The notes: generated by a model not told the origin, from the sequence alone. 32,000 nucleotides of DNA from Opitutales bacterium (GCA_965219535.1 CBDCNV010000002.1:1230001-1262000); one strand, 5' to 3'. Positions 15,616 to 24,475 are shown, numbered from the stretch's first letter. Program-made: numbers and translations.

Positions 15616-17827
15616 AACAACCTCGATCGCATCCCCGTCTTCATTGGCAAAGGTGGCATCGATACTCAGTGTCGGCTGAGGCGTTTCGTCAGACTTGAAG
15701 TTGTTCTGGGTGATCAGGGTTTCAAACCCGGTCGTTGTCGATCCACTCTCCGCAACGACGACTGCGGCACCGTTCGTCTGCAAGAGGTCACCACCGGTGA
15801 TCCTTAACCCGGGGTTACCGGCGGCTACGGTAAAGGAGCCTTCACCGAAGAGAATGTGAGGTACTGCATCGCCATCAGCATCGATATCACCGATCGTTAA
15901 GCGTACTGCGATCGGTACTCCGCGCGCGTCGACACCAACCTTGCCCGTGCTTCCACTGAACACAGCATTCGATAACTGTACCCCTCCCAGTCCCGTGGAG
16001 TTGACTACTTCCACGAGGGCCACATCGGCCTGGGCGTCATAGACCTGTCCTTCGGGGAACAGCGCCTGGTTAAAGGCGTTGATCCTGCCCACCGTGAAGA
16101 TGCTGAAGAAGGTATTAGCGTCCGCTCCATCGATGACCACGCTCGGCTTGCCCGTCACATACTCGACGGCCTGATTGTAGCGTGGTGGGGTATGGCCGGT
16201 GGTAGGAAGGTGGCCGGATCGAGGGTTACAGTAAAGGTCCCGTTGCCTGAGAACTCTACCTGCACAATGTCCTCGTTTTCGTCCATGAAGGATACGCGGG
16301 TGATCTGTCCCGGTTTGGCCTGGAGTTGGACGGACTCTCCGGTGAGTAATATCTGGTCGAAGACGTTGCCGTTGGCATGTTGAATGTCTTCACCGGCGAT
16401 ATCTCCTGAGCCGTCGAGAACGAGGGGAATGGAAGGCGCTGATACGGTAACGACCGCGGTATCGCTGTCCGCTGTCCCACCGGCATTGGTAATCTGTACC
16501 CAGAAACTTGTGCTCGCGGTGAGCGCGCCCGTGTCTAAAGTTCCAGCCGTCGCGCCGGCGACAGGAGCAGCGGTGTCACCGCTGTTGCCGGTGTACCACT
16601 GGTAGGTAAGATCGTCGCCGGTTGCCGCAACGGACAAGCTAGCCGATGCTCCGGATGCGACCTCCTGGCTTGCTGGCTGCGTGGTGATAGAAGGAGCAGT
16701 GGCGGGTGGGGGACCTTCGGAACCGGTGCCCGGGGCGCCGATCGGTGTAAAACCAAAATCGTCAATCGAAGTACGGCCGGACGGATTTACATCACCATCT
16801 ATCAGGACTATCCTGCCAATGCCGCCTGGAGCTCCTAATTCAGCCGCATTAATCCTTGTAAAACCGGGTTTGAAATCAGAGTTAATATTGCTCTCTAAAT
16901 TATCAACCGTAAAGATTAAGTTGTCGTTTGTATCATAGACTTCGATAAAGCCATCAGGATTGATGCCTTCTTTAGGTGCAGTACTCTGAGAGGCGAATGT
17001 ATCAATTTCATAAGCCGGAGTTTCAAAAGTGATGGTTGCCTGCTCACCATCAAATATACCAAACGCAGTGGATGACGAGCGCACATAATCGGTACCATCA
17101 GAAAACTCGACAATAATTGATCCCCCTTCAAACGTAGCAGTATTCGGCGAAGTCCCAATGACCAGCGGTTCGTCCTGACCTGCACCAGGACTGAATTCAT
17201 CAAAATTGCTGTAAACCGTGTTATTCGAGGGATAGTCGGTCAGGGTGAATCCCAGGTCGTCGATCACGAGTTTTCCCGTAACATTAAAAAACTTCACTTC
17301 TCTTATCCCACTGAGGAAATCAAAATCGGTTGTATCAAAAAAACTACCGCTGTCGGCGACAAAGCTGTATAAAGTGGGGTTAGCACCAGGGCTGATATTT
17401 GCCGGCAGTCCTTCGATAATACCGCAATCTCCACAGGTACCTCCGAGTACGATGTTAACTCTTCTGTCGGAAGCCAGAGATGTACCCGTATTAATTTCTC
17501 CTCTTAGCTCAAATTTGCCCCCGCCTGTCGTTTCACCCGCATAAAATTCAAGAAATTGAATCCCCCTGTTGGAGACAATCCTTCCCTCCTGTCCCGGCCC
17601 CAGGTTAAAGCCTTCGTTCCCGAATGTAACTGCGCTGGATCCTCTAAAGTTTCCACCGTGAAACCGACGAGCGTAACCACGTTTGGCTCCACACCGATGA
17701 AGATCGTCCCTTCACCGCTTACGTTTTCGAAATCAGTGAAAATCTCGAGGTCTTGAGGCAGGGCGATGAGAAGAACGGGCGATAAGACTGAGGCAATGAT
17801 GAATGCGAGCGATTTTTTTAATAACAT
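15592..17827 (-). pseudogene. Secreted Ig-like-domain protein, paralogue P2, interrupted by two frameshifts (or two sequencing errors)
   Basis: Three tracked ORFs (17827-17504, 17297-16155, 16158-15592) align colinearly with P1. Break 1 is at 17603-17604, where P1 has GGG (13682-13684) and P2 has GG. Break 2 is a net +2 nt patch at about 16181-16213. The frame between 17600 and 17297 stays open after correcting break 1, as checked by hand near 17297-17340. Confidence 0.75.
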
Positions 17828-18034
17828 ACTGAGCTTTTAATAGATTGAATTTCAAAAGGGATGCAATTTGTAAAAATAGATAGATAAAGCGTCAATTATT
17901 AAACTGATTTTAATGAAATGTTTATGGATTAATAAAAGATACGATGCCATCATATAGTCGTAAGTATATCATGAGTAGTGACTTGAATTATTATGGTTAG
18001 TGTTACTCGTCAGGTGTTAAGTTTTAAGCCGACA

Positions 18035-18138
18035 GGTGGAACGCGGTGCCTGACCGCCATAGCCTTGGCGACGGTTGTTCCCTACCGCGTTTAGAATGTA
18101 GTAATTGAAGAAGCGTGCTAGGGACAGCCCGCTCCACC
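18035..18138 (-). repeat. A-family palindromic element with B insertion (copy A3, inverted orientation)
   Basis: ggtggaacgcggtg[cctgaccgccatagccttggcgacggttg]ttccctaccgcg - loop - gaagcgtgctagggacagcccgctccacc. It ends 68 nt downstream of the stop of the 18206-18436 gene. Confidence 0.85.
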
Positions 18139-18205
18139 TTATCTTAATGTAAGCGGCCTATTACTTTTGAGCTTCGATCTTTGACTATTTTCATCGCTAT
18201 CACCC

Positions 18206-18436
18206 TTAACCTTCCTGACTCTTTTGCCATTTAAGTAATCCGCGCAGATACATAATAATAAAAACAACATTAGCGACGATCATAGCCATGCTGGAGGCTA
18301 AAATGCCAATTAGAATCCATGATGCGTTTCCCAGCATCATGGCGATAAAACCTTTTCGCTCTTTATTACCGAGAAAATAAATTCCCGAAAAAGTTAGAAT
18401 CATAGCCAACCAATCAATCCCATAATATTCGTACAT
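18206..18436 (-). CDS. Small 3-TM membrane protein resembling a single repeat (half) of PnuC-type transporters
   Basis: 76 aa with three hydrophobic segments. The pattern DW-x12-G-x3-L-x-NKERKGF ... NxxW ... Y-x-RG-x3-W resembles the PnuC repeat (W..G..L..K.n.W...N......Y...G...W). This is recognised by eye only. Confidence 0.55.
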   Translation of the reverse strand: MYEYYGIDWLAMILTFSGIYFLGNKERKGFIAMMLGNASWILIGILASSMAMIVANVVFIIMYLRGLLKWQKSQEG

Positions 18437-18551
18437 AGTTTATAATGTTTGATGTTTAAAAGAGTCGAAACGACCAAAAAATTATATTCTTCTTTACCAC
18501 ATACTCACGTATCCCTTTTGACTTTCGAATCCATTGGATCAACTATTGCTT

Positions 18552-18600
18552 CACTGTTCACTGTTCACTGTTCACTGTTTACTGTTCACTTCTCACTTCC
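18552..18600. repeat. Heptamer array (CACTGTT)x7, last units degenerate
   Basis: cactgtt x4, tactgtt, cacttct, cacttcc. It ends 1 nt from the stop codon of the CocE-like gene. The tracked ORF 18449..18637 is a translation of it. Confidence 0.9.
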
Positions 18601-18601
18601 C

Positions 18602-20518
18602 CTATCGCCTCGGTATAACGGGCAGCACAATATGTGAGGGATGCGTACTATCCAGGTGAACAGTATTTTGCGCTATCACTTTATGCGTATGTCGTCCCAT
18701 GGGTTCACCTGTATTCGGATTTATGTCTAAGCGAGGAAAATTACTGCTCGATATATCGAACCTGATTCGATGACCGGTCTTGAACAGGTTGCTCGTCGCG
18801 TGAAGCGTAATCATAATAGGATAAATTTGTCCCGGCACCATCATCTCCGGTTCGGTCCAAGAATTGCGGTACCGACACCTCAGTATTGTGTCGCTTAGGT
18901 TCATTCGGTACCCATCGGGATAGTCTTCATTCGGAGGATAAACATCGATGAGTTTTGCCGTAAAGTCGGTGTCAATCGCAGTCGACGAAATCCAAAGTTT
19001 GACCGTTGCTTGTCCGGTAACCTCGGTGTCCTCTTCCAGTATTTCAGTTTGAAATGCCAGCACGTCGGAGCGTTTGTCGAGAGGAAGGTACGGGGGATTG
19101 ACCCCAAGCATCCATTCGGCTTCAACCTGATCGACAGGGCCCCATGTGACAATATGTCGTCCATGCCTGGCGTAAAAGGCGGACCGCTTGCCGAAAGATG
19201 GTACTTCCTTAAAGCCACCCGGTGGAGGAACAACCTCGGTGAGATGCGCGAGACCGCCACCCGCTGACGGAACCGGGTTATCCGGGTCGTATTCGAAGGT
19301 GATCGATTCTTTTTCTGATTGCGGCTTTTTTTCGGTCAAACCGAATTCAGATGTCAAAAAAAGATTTCGCTCTTCAGTCCGTGCAATCGGCCACTCCGCT
19401 TCATTGCGCCATTGTCCCCCGTGATCGATAAGCCCATCTGACGTTTTACGACCTGAACCACCGCCCATAACGAAAATCTCAACTGGCGAATCGTTTTCGA
19501 TCCCGTTGTTTTCATCCCTTAACCAATGATCAAACCATCGCAATCTTATCTCGCTGTGTTTCGGGTACCCAACCATCGCGTCTGTTCCAAACTCGACATC
19601 ACCCAGTGACGAGGTTTTGACCCGCATCGTTCCGTGTCCCCAGGGACCGATCAGCAGGCGGGATGGATTTTTGTTACGCGCTATCATCGCCTCAAAGTAT
19701 CCTGTAGAGCCGTCGATGAACGGGTCAAACCAACCTGCGGTGATCAAACAGGGAATATCCGAATGGCGATCCCAGTATGGAGTCTGGTCGTTGCATTCCT
19801 GCGCCCACCATTCATCGTACTCACCTCGGTAATAATAATTAAACAAGGTTTCTTCAAGGTGCGGTGCTACTGAAAGCGGAATCTCCCCTTTTTTGAATGG
19901 CATATTATTGATTACAGACCGTGCATTAATCAAACCGTCAGCCAGGGTCCGAATCGTTCCCTCATCAGCGGGAACTTCATGGGCATCAAACGCGTGGTTG
20001 TAAATCGCGGTGTACATGTCCAGGGCCATGGCGCCGCCCTCGCGGGCTTCGTGTAAGTATATATTTGTCGGCCCCTGTTCGGGGCAGATCGTTACCAGGT
20101 GTGGGGGGCGATGCAACGCCGCCTGGGTTTGAACAATTGACCGGTGTGAGCTGCCCATCATCCCCACGCGTTCATCCGACCAGGATTGAGCTGCGATCCA
20201 TTCGACAGCATCATACCCGTCATCACCGTCCCAGGGATTGCAGGTATGGTAGTAACGGCCGTCACCCTCAGACTTATACCTGGAGCGTAGGTCCTGGAGA
20301 ATGAATACGTAGCCTTGTTCGACGTATTGTACTGGCACGCCATCCCATTCAATCGCCGACTTATCATAGGAAGTTCGCACCAATATTGTCGGCCACTTAC
20401 CGTCTAATCTCAATCCATCCGTTCCGGCGGGAAAGTAGATATCCGTCGCCAAGCGGACCCCATCCCGCATCGGGACCATCACGTCTGATTTTAAAAAAAC
20501 TTTGTAAGGAACAGCCAT
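18602..20518 (-). CDS. CocE/NonD family hydrolase (X-Pro dipeptidyl-peptidase S15-like alpha/beta hydrolase with C-terminal jelly-roll domain)
   Basis: 638 aa. VMVPMRDGVRLATDIYFPAG...WPTILVRTSYDK is the typical family N-terminus. The nucleophile-elbow region is VGMMGSSHRS. Confidence 0.85.
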   Translation of the reverse strand: MAVPYKVFLKSDVMVPMRDGVRLATDIYFPAGTDGLRLDGKWPTILVRTSYDKSAIEWDGVPVQYVEQGYVFILQDLRSRYKSEGDGRYYHTCNPWDGDDGYDAVEWIAAQSWSDERVGMMGSSHRSIVQTQAALHRPPHLVTICPEQGPTNIYLHEAREGGAMALDMYTAIYNHAFDAHEVPADEGTIRTLADGLINARSVINNMPFKKGEIPLSVAPHLEETLFNYYYRGEYDEWWAQECNDQTPYWDRHSDIPCLITAGWFDPFIDGSTGYFEAMIARNKNPSRLLIGPWGHGTMRVKTSSLGDVEFGTDAMVGYPKHSEIRLRWFDHWLRDENNGIENDSPVEIFVMGGGSGRKTSDGLIDHGGQWRNEAEWPIARTEERNLFLTSEFGLTEKKPQSEKESITFEYDPDNPVPSAGGGLAHLTEVVPPPGGFKEVPSFGKRSAFYARHGRHIVTWGPVDQVEAEWMLGVNPPYLPLDKRSDVLAFQTEILEEDTEVTGQATVKLWISSTAIDTDFTAKLIDVYPPNEDYPDGYRMNLSDTILRCRYRNSWTEPEMMVPGQIYPIMITLHATSNLFKTGHRIRFDISSSNFPRLDINPNTGEPMGRHTHKVIAQNTVHLDSTHPSHIVLPVIPRR

Positions 20519-20605
20519 GAATTTTTATTAAGATAAGTTGGTTCCCTTCGACTACGCTCAGGGCAAGCAGGGTTCAGGAAGAAAGATATACTAATGACAG
20601 ATACC

Positions 20606-20652
20606 AGGGTTCAGGGTTCAGGGTTCAGGGTTCAGGGTTCAGGGTTCAGGGT
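20606..20652. repeat. Heptamer array (AGGGTTC)x6.7
   Basis: Read directly. The same unit recurs at 22069-22103 and 24265-24283. Confidence 0.95.
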
Positions 20653-20853
20653 GGAAGATGTCGGGCTACGCCCTCGGTACAGGGTTCAACAACCTTTGCT
20701 ATACTAGCATTAACAAAAAATGGATGAACGGTGAAATACTTTTTAAACGTATATGCTGAAAATAGGCTAGTTTTTATTCGTTCAAATTAAATTCTCTAAA
20801 ACTATTCTTGTGTTTCTTGTGCCTTATGTGGCTATCTCTTAATTCCGCAATCG
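20634..20853. repeat. Repeated divergent-promoter block R1 (paralogous to 24265-24503)
   Basis: Three colinear shared blocks with 24265-24503. Block 1 is 20634-20693 vs 24265-24324 (agggttcagggtggaagatgtcgggctacgccctcggtacagggttca.caac, one difference). Block 2 is 20725-20752 vs 24356-24383 (tgaac.gtgaaatactttttaa.cgtat). Block 3 is 20805-20840 vs 24439-24473 (cttgtgt.tcttgtgcctt.tgtggctatctc). Confidence 0.8.
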
Positions 20854-20938
20854 TACCGAAGGCAGAGCCTGAAATCCACCAAATTGATAATCGAAAATTG
20901 AAATGACCTTTTAACTAATCTCATTCTTAGATTAAACG

Positions 20939-22060
20939 ATGAAAATAACTGAAGTCATATGCCAGGTGCTGCGCATTAAAAATGTCGAATCAAAATCCTC
21001 TGGCGCACAGGACACCTTGCTCGTGCGCATTCAAACTGACGAGGGAATTGAAGGGATCGGTGAATGCGACGCTCAACCGGAAGTTTGCAAGGCAGTCATC
21101 GATGCTCCCTTCAGTCACAATATTGCCTGTGGCTTGCGATTACTTATCCTCGGAGAGGACCCTCTCGATGCTGAGGGCGTATGGAAAAAGATGTACCGGG
21201 GCAGCGTGTTCTTCGGGCGACGGGGAGTGACGATTGCAGCGATGGCCGCGGTTGACATGGCGCTCTGGGATATTAAAGGGAAAAAAACTGAACTACCAAT
21301 TCATCAACTCCTGGGTGGGAAAAAACATGATGAGATCAAGGCTTATGCCTCCATCCTCTTTGGCCGAGACGGCGCGGAGACGAAAGAAATTGGACAGCGA
21401 TGGATTGAAGCGGGATACAAAGCGGTTAAGTTTGGCTGGGAGCCGATGGGTGAAAGTGAAGCTGTAGATTTGGACCTGGTGTCCGGAGCACGGGAAGGTC
21501 TGGGGGAGAGTGCGGATCTGTTAGTGGATGCCGGTTGTGTGTGGGATGCCAAGACAGCTCTGAATCGGGCGGAAAAATTCTCCGAATATAATATAAGCTG
21601 GTTAGAGGAACCGCTGAGCCAGGACGATATGGAGGGATATCAATGGCTGAGAGAGCGATCACCGGTACCGATTGCCGCGGGTGAAGGTGAATGTGGATGG
21701 TTCGCCTTTAAACCGTGGATCGAGAATCAACTTCTGGATATCTATCAAGTGGATCTAGCGAGAAACGGGTTCACGGAAGCAAAAATTATCGGGGAGAAAG
21801 TAGAGGAAAAGGGAGCTAAGCTGTGTAATCATTGTTATAAGACACCGATTAGTGTAGCCGCCTGTTTGCATTGGCTGAGCACAACAAACACCGCTTTTTT
21901 GTTTGAGGACTGCGTTGAAGATTCACCCTTGAGACATGAACTCACACATGAAAAGATGCATGCCATAGACGGCATGATTCATGTCCCCGATGCCTCCGGT
22001 CTCGGTGTTACCCTCAATGAGGAATTAATCCAGGAACTACTCGTCGCCGAATCGAGGTAG
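20939..22060 (+). CDS. Enolase-superfamily enzyme, mandelate racemase/muconate-lactonizing subgroup (probable acid-sugar dehydratase)
   Basis: 373 aa. The start MKITEV...IQTDEGIEGIGE has the capping-domain pattern, followed by ALWDIKGK. Metal-ligand positions are LLVDAG, WLEEP and IAAGEGE. It also has DLARNG and a late His (NHCY). Confidence 0.85.
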   Translation: MKITEVICQVLRIKNVESKSSGAQDTLLVRIQTDEGIEGIGECDAQPEVCKAVIDAPFSHNIACGLRLLILGEDPLDAEGVWKKMYRGSVFFGRRGVTIAAMAAVDMALWDIKGKKTELPIHQLLGGKKHDEIKAYASILFGRDGAETKEIGQRWIEAGYKAVKFGWEPMGESEAVDLDLVSGAREGLGESADLLVDAGCVWDAKTALNRAEKFSEYNISWLEEPLSQDDMEGYQWLRERSPVPIAAGEGECGWFAFKPWIENQLLDIYQVDLARNGFTEAKIIGEKVEEKGAKLCNHCYKTPISVAACLHWLSTTNTAFLFEDCVEDSPLRHELTHEKMHAIDGMIHVPDASGLGVTLNEELIQELLVAESR

Positions 22061-22068
22061 AAGATTCG

Positions 22069-22103
22069 GGGGTTCAGGGTTCAGGGTTCGGGGTTCAGAG
22101 GTT
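22069..22103. repeat. Heptamer array (RGGGTTC)x5, degenerate
   Basis: ggggttc agggttc agggttc ggggttc agaggtt, starting 9 nt after the stop at 22060. Confidence 0.85.
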
Positions 22104-22142
22104 GAAAGAAAGATAATTAGCTGTAGTAGTATTAATAACTAA

Positions 22143-22171
22143 GGTGGAGCGGGCTGTCCCTAGCACGCTTC
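22143..22171 (+). repeat. A-family element, left arm only (copy A4)
   Basis: ggtggagcgggctgtccctagcacgcttc, then unrelated sequence. Confidence 0.8.
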
Positions 22172-22258
22172 TGATCTCTACCGAATGACAATATGAGATT
22201 GCCCTACTTTATTATTTATCTCTTGAGGAAGCCGACGGATAAAGGTTAGATTTAACCA

Positions 22259-22774
22259 ATGGGAAGAGTAACCGTAATCGGTAATGCGGGTGGAGGAAAG
22301 TCTACGCTTTGTAGGGCATTGAGTAAATCCAAAGGATTGCCGGTTCACGCAGTGGATAAAATACAATGGAAGCCGGGTTGGACTCCCGCTCCTGAAAGGG
22401 AAGTTGAAGAAAAATTAAATGAAATTATTGGTGAAGATTTTTGGATCATTGACAGTTGGGGTTCATGGGCCACGATTGAAAAACGATTTAACGAGTCCGA
22501 TACTATTATATTTGTCGATCACGCACTGGTAATCCATTTCTGGTGGGCATTAAAAAGACAAATTGCAGCCTTGTTCTTCCCCGTAAACCTTGATAAACCC
22601 GAGGGGTGCAACCTGCTGGATATTAACTGTAGAATGTTTAAAATGATCTGGACGATCCACCGGAACATGAGACCAAGACTCCTCGACCTGGTGAACGCCT
22701 ATAAAGGAAGTAAAAGCGTGTATCATATACAATCACCCACCGAATTAAGACGCTTTATGTTGCAGCACTGTTAG
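22259..22774 (+). CDS. Small P-loop NTPase/kinase (adenylate-kinase-like, topology-modulation-protein-like family)
   Basis: 171 aa with Walker A at the N-terminus (VIGNAGGGKSTL). Its size and layout match AAA/adenylate-kinase-like small kinases. Confidence 0.7.
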   Translation: MGRVTVIGNAGGGKSTLCRALSKSKGLPVHAVDKIQWKPGWTPAPEREVEEKLNEIIGEDFWIIDSWGSWATIEKRFNESDTIIFVDHALVIHFWWALKRQIAALFFPVNLDKPEGCNLLDINCRMFKMIWTIHRNMRPRLLDLVNAYKGSKSVYHIQSPTELRRFMLQHC

Positions 22775-22880
22775 AGAAAAAACATCCACCTGTTTACTGA
22801 TGTCTAATTACTGTTCACATCTTCACTCAGCGGCCAGGTTGTGAATTGCAGATTGAAAGTTAGTACCGATTTATTCCCTT

Positions 22881-22983
22881 TGTCATCGCGAGGTTGCTTG
22901 TCAACCGTGGCGATCCAGGGGAATATCGGTTGCGTCTGGTAATCCGCCTGGATTGCTTCGTCGCGTTGCTTCTCGCAATGACA
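22881..22983. repeat. MITE-like element, D family
   Basis: tgtcatcgcgagg ... tctcgcaatgaca, with internal paired segments (cgtggcgatccaggggaatatcgg / ccgcctggattgcttcgtcgcg). The tracked ORFs 22804..23145, 22860..23114 and 22894..23142 are translations of it. Confidence 0.8.
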
Positions 22984-23047
22984 AATAAAATATTCCGCAA
23001 TTTGCAATCGACGATCAGAAATCGGAAATCGGCAATTGCCACACTGT

Positions 23048-24247
23048 TCACTTCTTGGTTGGTGGCCAGGGATCGAGACAGGCCCCGGACGGGCGTGTTC
23101 CTGTCGGGCGCCACGGCACGCTGTCATAAGACTGGTATTTAACATCGAGCCACGGTGTCTCTAAACGCGTATGGCCATTATAACGTGATGTCAGTGCAGC
23201 TTCTAAAATGCCACTCGTAAGAACCGTCCGTTCAACGGCGTAGGAGGGCACACCTGTAAGAAACATTTCTTCTACATTTAAAGATAAATAACTGAAATGT
23301 GAATAAGCGCCGTCACCGCCACCATGATACTGGAGATAGAATTCAGTGGCCTGGATCTTGTTATCAATTCTTGCAGCGTAGGCCCAGTCCGCAACATAGC
23401 CGTCTAACATCAGTATTACGCCTTTAAAACCGTCACGATATTCGATGAGAAATAAGGCCGGGTTTTCACATTGGTCTTCCATTCGCCCTTCAGGTTTTTT
23501 TTCAATGCACTCACAAGCAGCCTCAGCTAAATCGTAGGACCATCGCCCCTCTTTGGCGGCTTTCCACACGGCATCGCCCTCTAAACAGGTCACGGCGGCG
23601 ACCCCTGTCTCTCCGCCGGTCCGTCTTTCGGCCATACACTGTAAAACTTCAACCGTATGAAATCCGTAGACATCCAACCCATGATAGCCGATAGCGACAG
23701 CTTCTGTTATAGGTGTATCAAGCTCATGTTCCAACCAGGGCTTGCGCCAGCAGAGGGGAACGGATGAACCCGCCATGAAGGGGGCGTTAAGCTCATTCGC
23801 TCGATCATACATCCATTTTATATCCTGCCAGTTATAGGAGAGGTGCTTGTCGTTAAAGATTGGTACGGATTTTTTACTCGTAGCTAACACCCCGCAAATT
23901 TGTTCCATGAAATACTTTCGTGGGAAAAGTTGTTGTTCTTTTTCATTATAGGCATAATCGCCGTGCTCCGCGACCAGGAGCACCCCGTCGACCGCGAGCT
24001 CATCCCCGCCAAGGGTCAAGGCTTTTACAATCGTCGGATAGATCGGTACATTATGCTCTGCAGCTAACTTGCGGCCCATGTCATTTTCGGGGAAATGATC
24101 GATATACATCGAGGCTATCTCCACGCGCGGTTCAAACAATCCATCATCGGTGGGAAATCCCTTCAGGAATTTCGTCACCATTACATCGGCATGGGAGCGA
24201 GGCCAGTACTCAGTTATTATCGCGGCTATCTTTTTTTTCTTTGGCAT
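23048..24247 (-). CDS. Conserved hypothetical protein, paralogue 1 of 2 (layout reminiscent of Gfo/Idh/MocA oxidoreductases but without a GxGxxG loop)
   Basis: 399 aa, colinear with 29899..31092 and highly similar by eye over the whole length. KIAAIITEYWPRSHADV occupies the position of the Rossmann glycine loop. VDGVLLVAEHGDY and IFNDKHLSYNWQDIKWMYDRANELNAPFMAGSS parallel the iDaV.I.tP..H and EKP motifs of that family. Confidence 0.6.
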   Translation of the reverse strand: MPKKKKIAAIITEYWPRSHADVMVTKFLKGFPTDDGLFEPRVEIASMYIDHFPENDMGRKLAAEHNVPIYPTIVKALTLGGDELAVDGVLLVAEHGDYAYNEKEQQLFPRKYFMEQICGVLATSKKSVPIFNDKHLSYNWQDIKWMYDRANELNAPFMAGSSVPLCWRKPWLEHELDTPITEAVAIGYHGLDVYGFHTVEVLQCMAERRTGGETGVAAVTCLEGDAVWKAAKEGRWSYDLAEAACECIEKKPEGRMEDQCENPALFLIEYRDGFKGVILMLDGYVADWAYAARIDNKIQATEFYLQYHGGGDGAYSHFSYLSLNVEEMFLTGVPSYAVERTVLTSGILEAALTSRYNGHTRLETPWLDVKYQSYDSVPWRPTGTRPSGACLDPWPPTKK

Positions 24248-24264
24248 CTGTCAACCTGCGGTTG

Positions 24265-24283
24265 AGGGTTCAGGGTTCAGGGT
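24265..24283. repeat. Heptamer array (AGGGTTC)x2.7, start of repeated block R2 (24265-24503)
   Basis: agggttc agggttc agggt, followed by the same ggaagatgtcgggctacgccctcggtacagggttca seen at 20650-20688. Confidence 0.9.
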
Positions 24284-24475
24284 GGAAGATGTCGGGCTAC
24301 GCCCTCGGTACAGGGTTCAGCAACTGCTGCTATTCGAGCTATAGCATTTAAAGTGTGAACAGTGAAATACTTTTTAATCGTATTGATCTTAAAATATTCT
24401 GGGTTGTATTTTATCAATATAAATTTCTTTAATTCTTATCTTGTGTATCTTGTGCCTTTTGTGGCTATCTCTCTA

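Noticed and set aside
11682-17827. A diversity-generating retroelement (template/variable repeat pair) as the explanation for the P1/P2 near-identical segments.
   Set aside because: The window has no reverse transcriptase gene. Differences between the copies involve all four bases and many are synonymous. They are not adenine-specific and are not concentrated in a short C-terminal variable repeat.
18513-18545. A possible tRNA fragment. The motif TTCGAATCC at about 18526-18534 resembles a T-loop.
   Set aside because: The flanking bases do not form a T-stem, and there are no acceptor, D-arm or anticodon-arm complements. I found no tRNA-like cloverleaf anywhere in the window.
20606-20652. The possibility that the short tandem arrays or A-element copies form a CRISPR array.
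   Set aside because: The arrays are contiguous 6-8-nt units with no spacers. The A copies are kilobases apart, occur in both orientations and are themselves palindromes with long loops. No cas genes are present.
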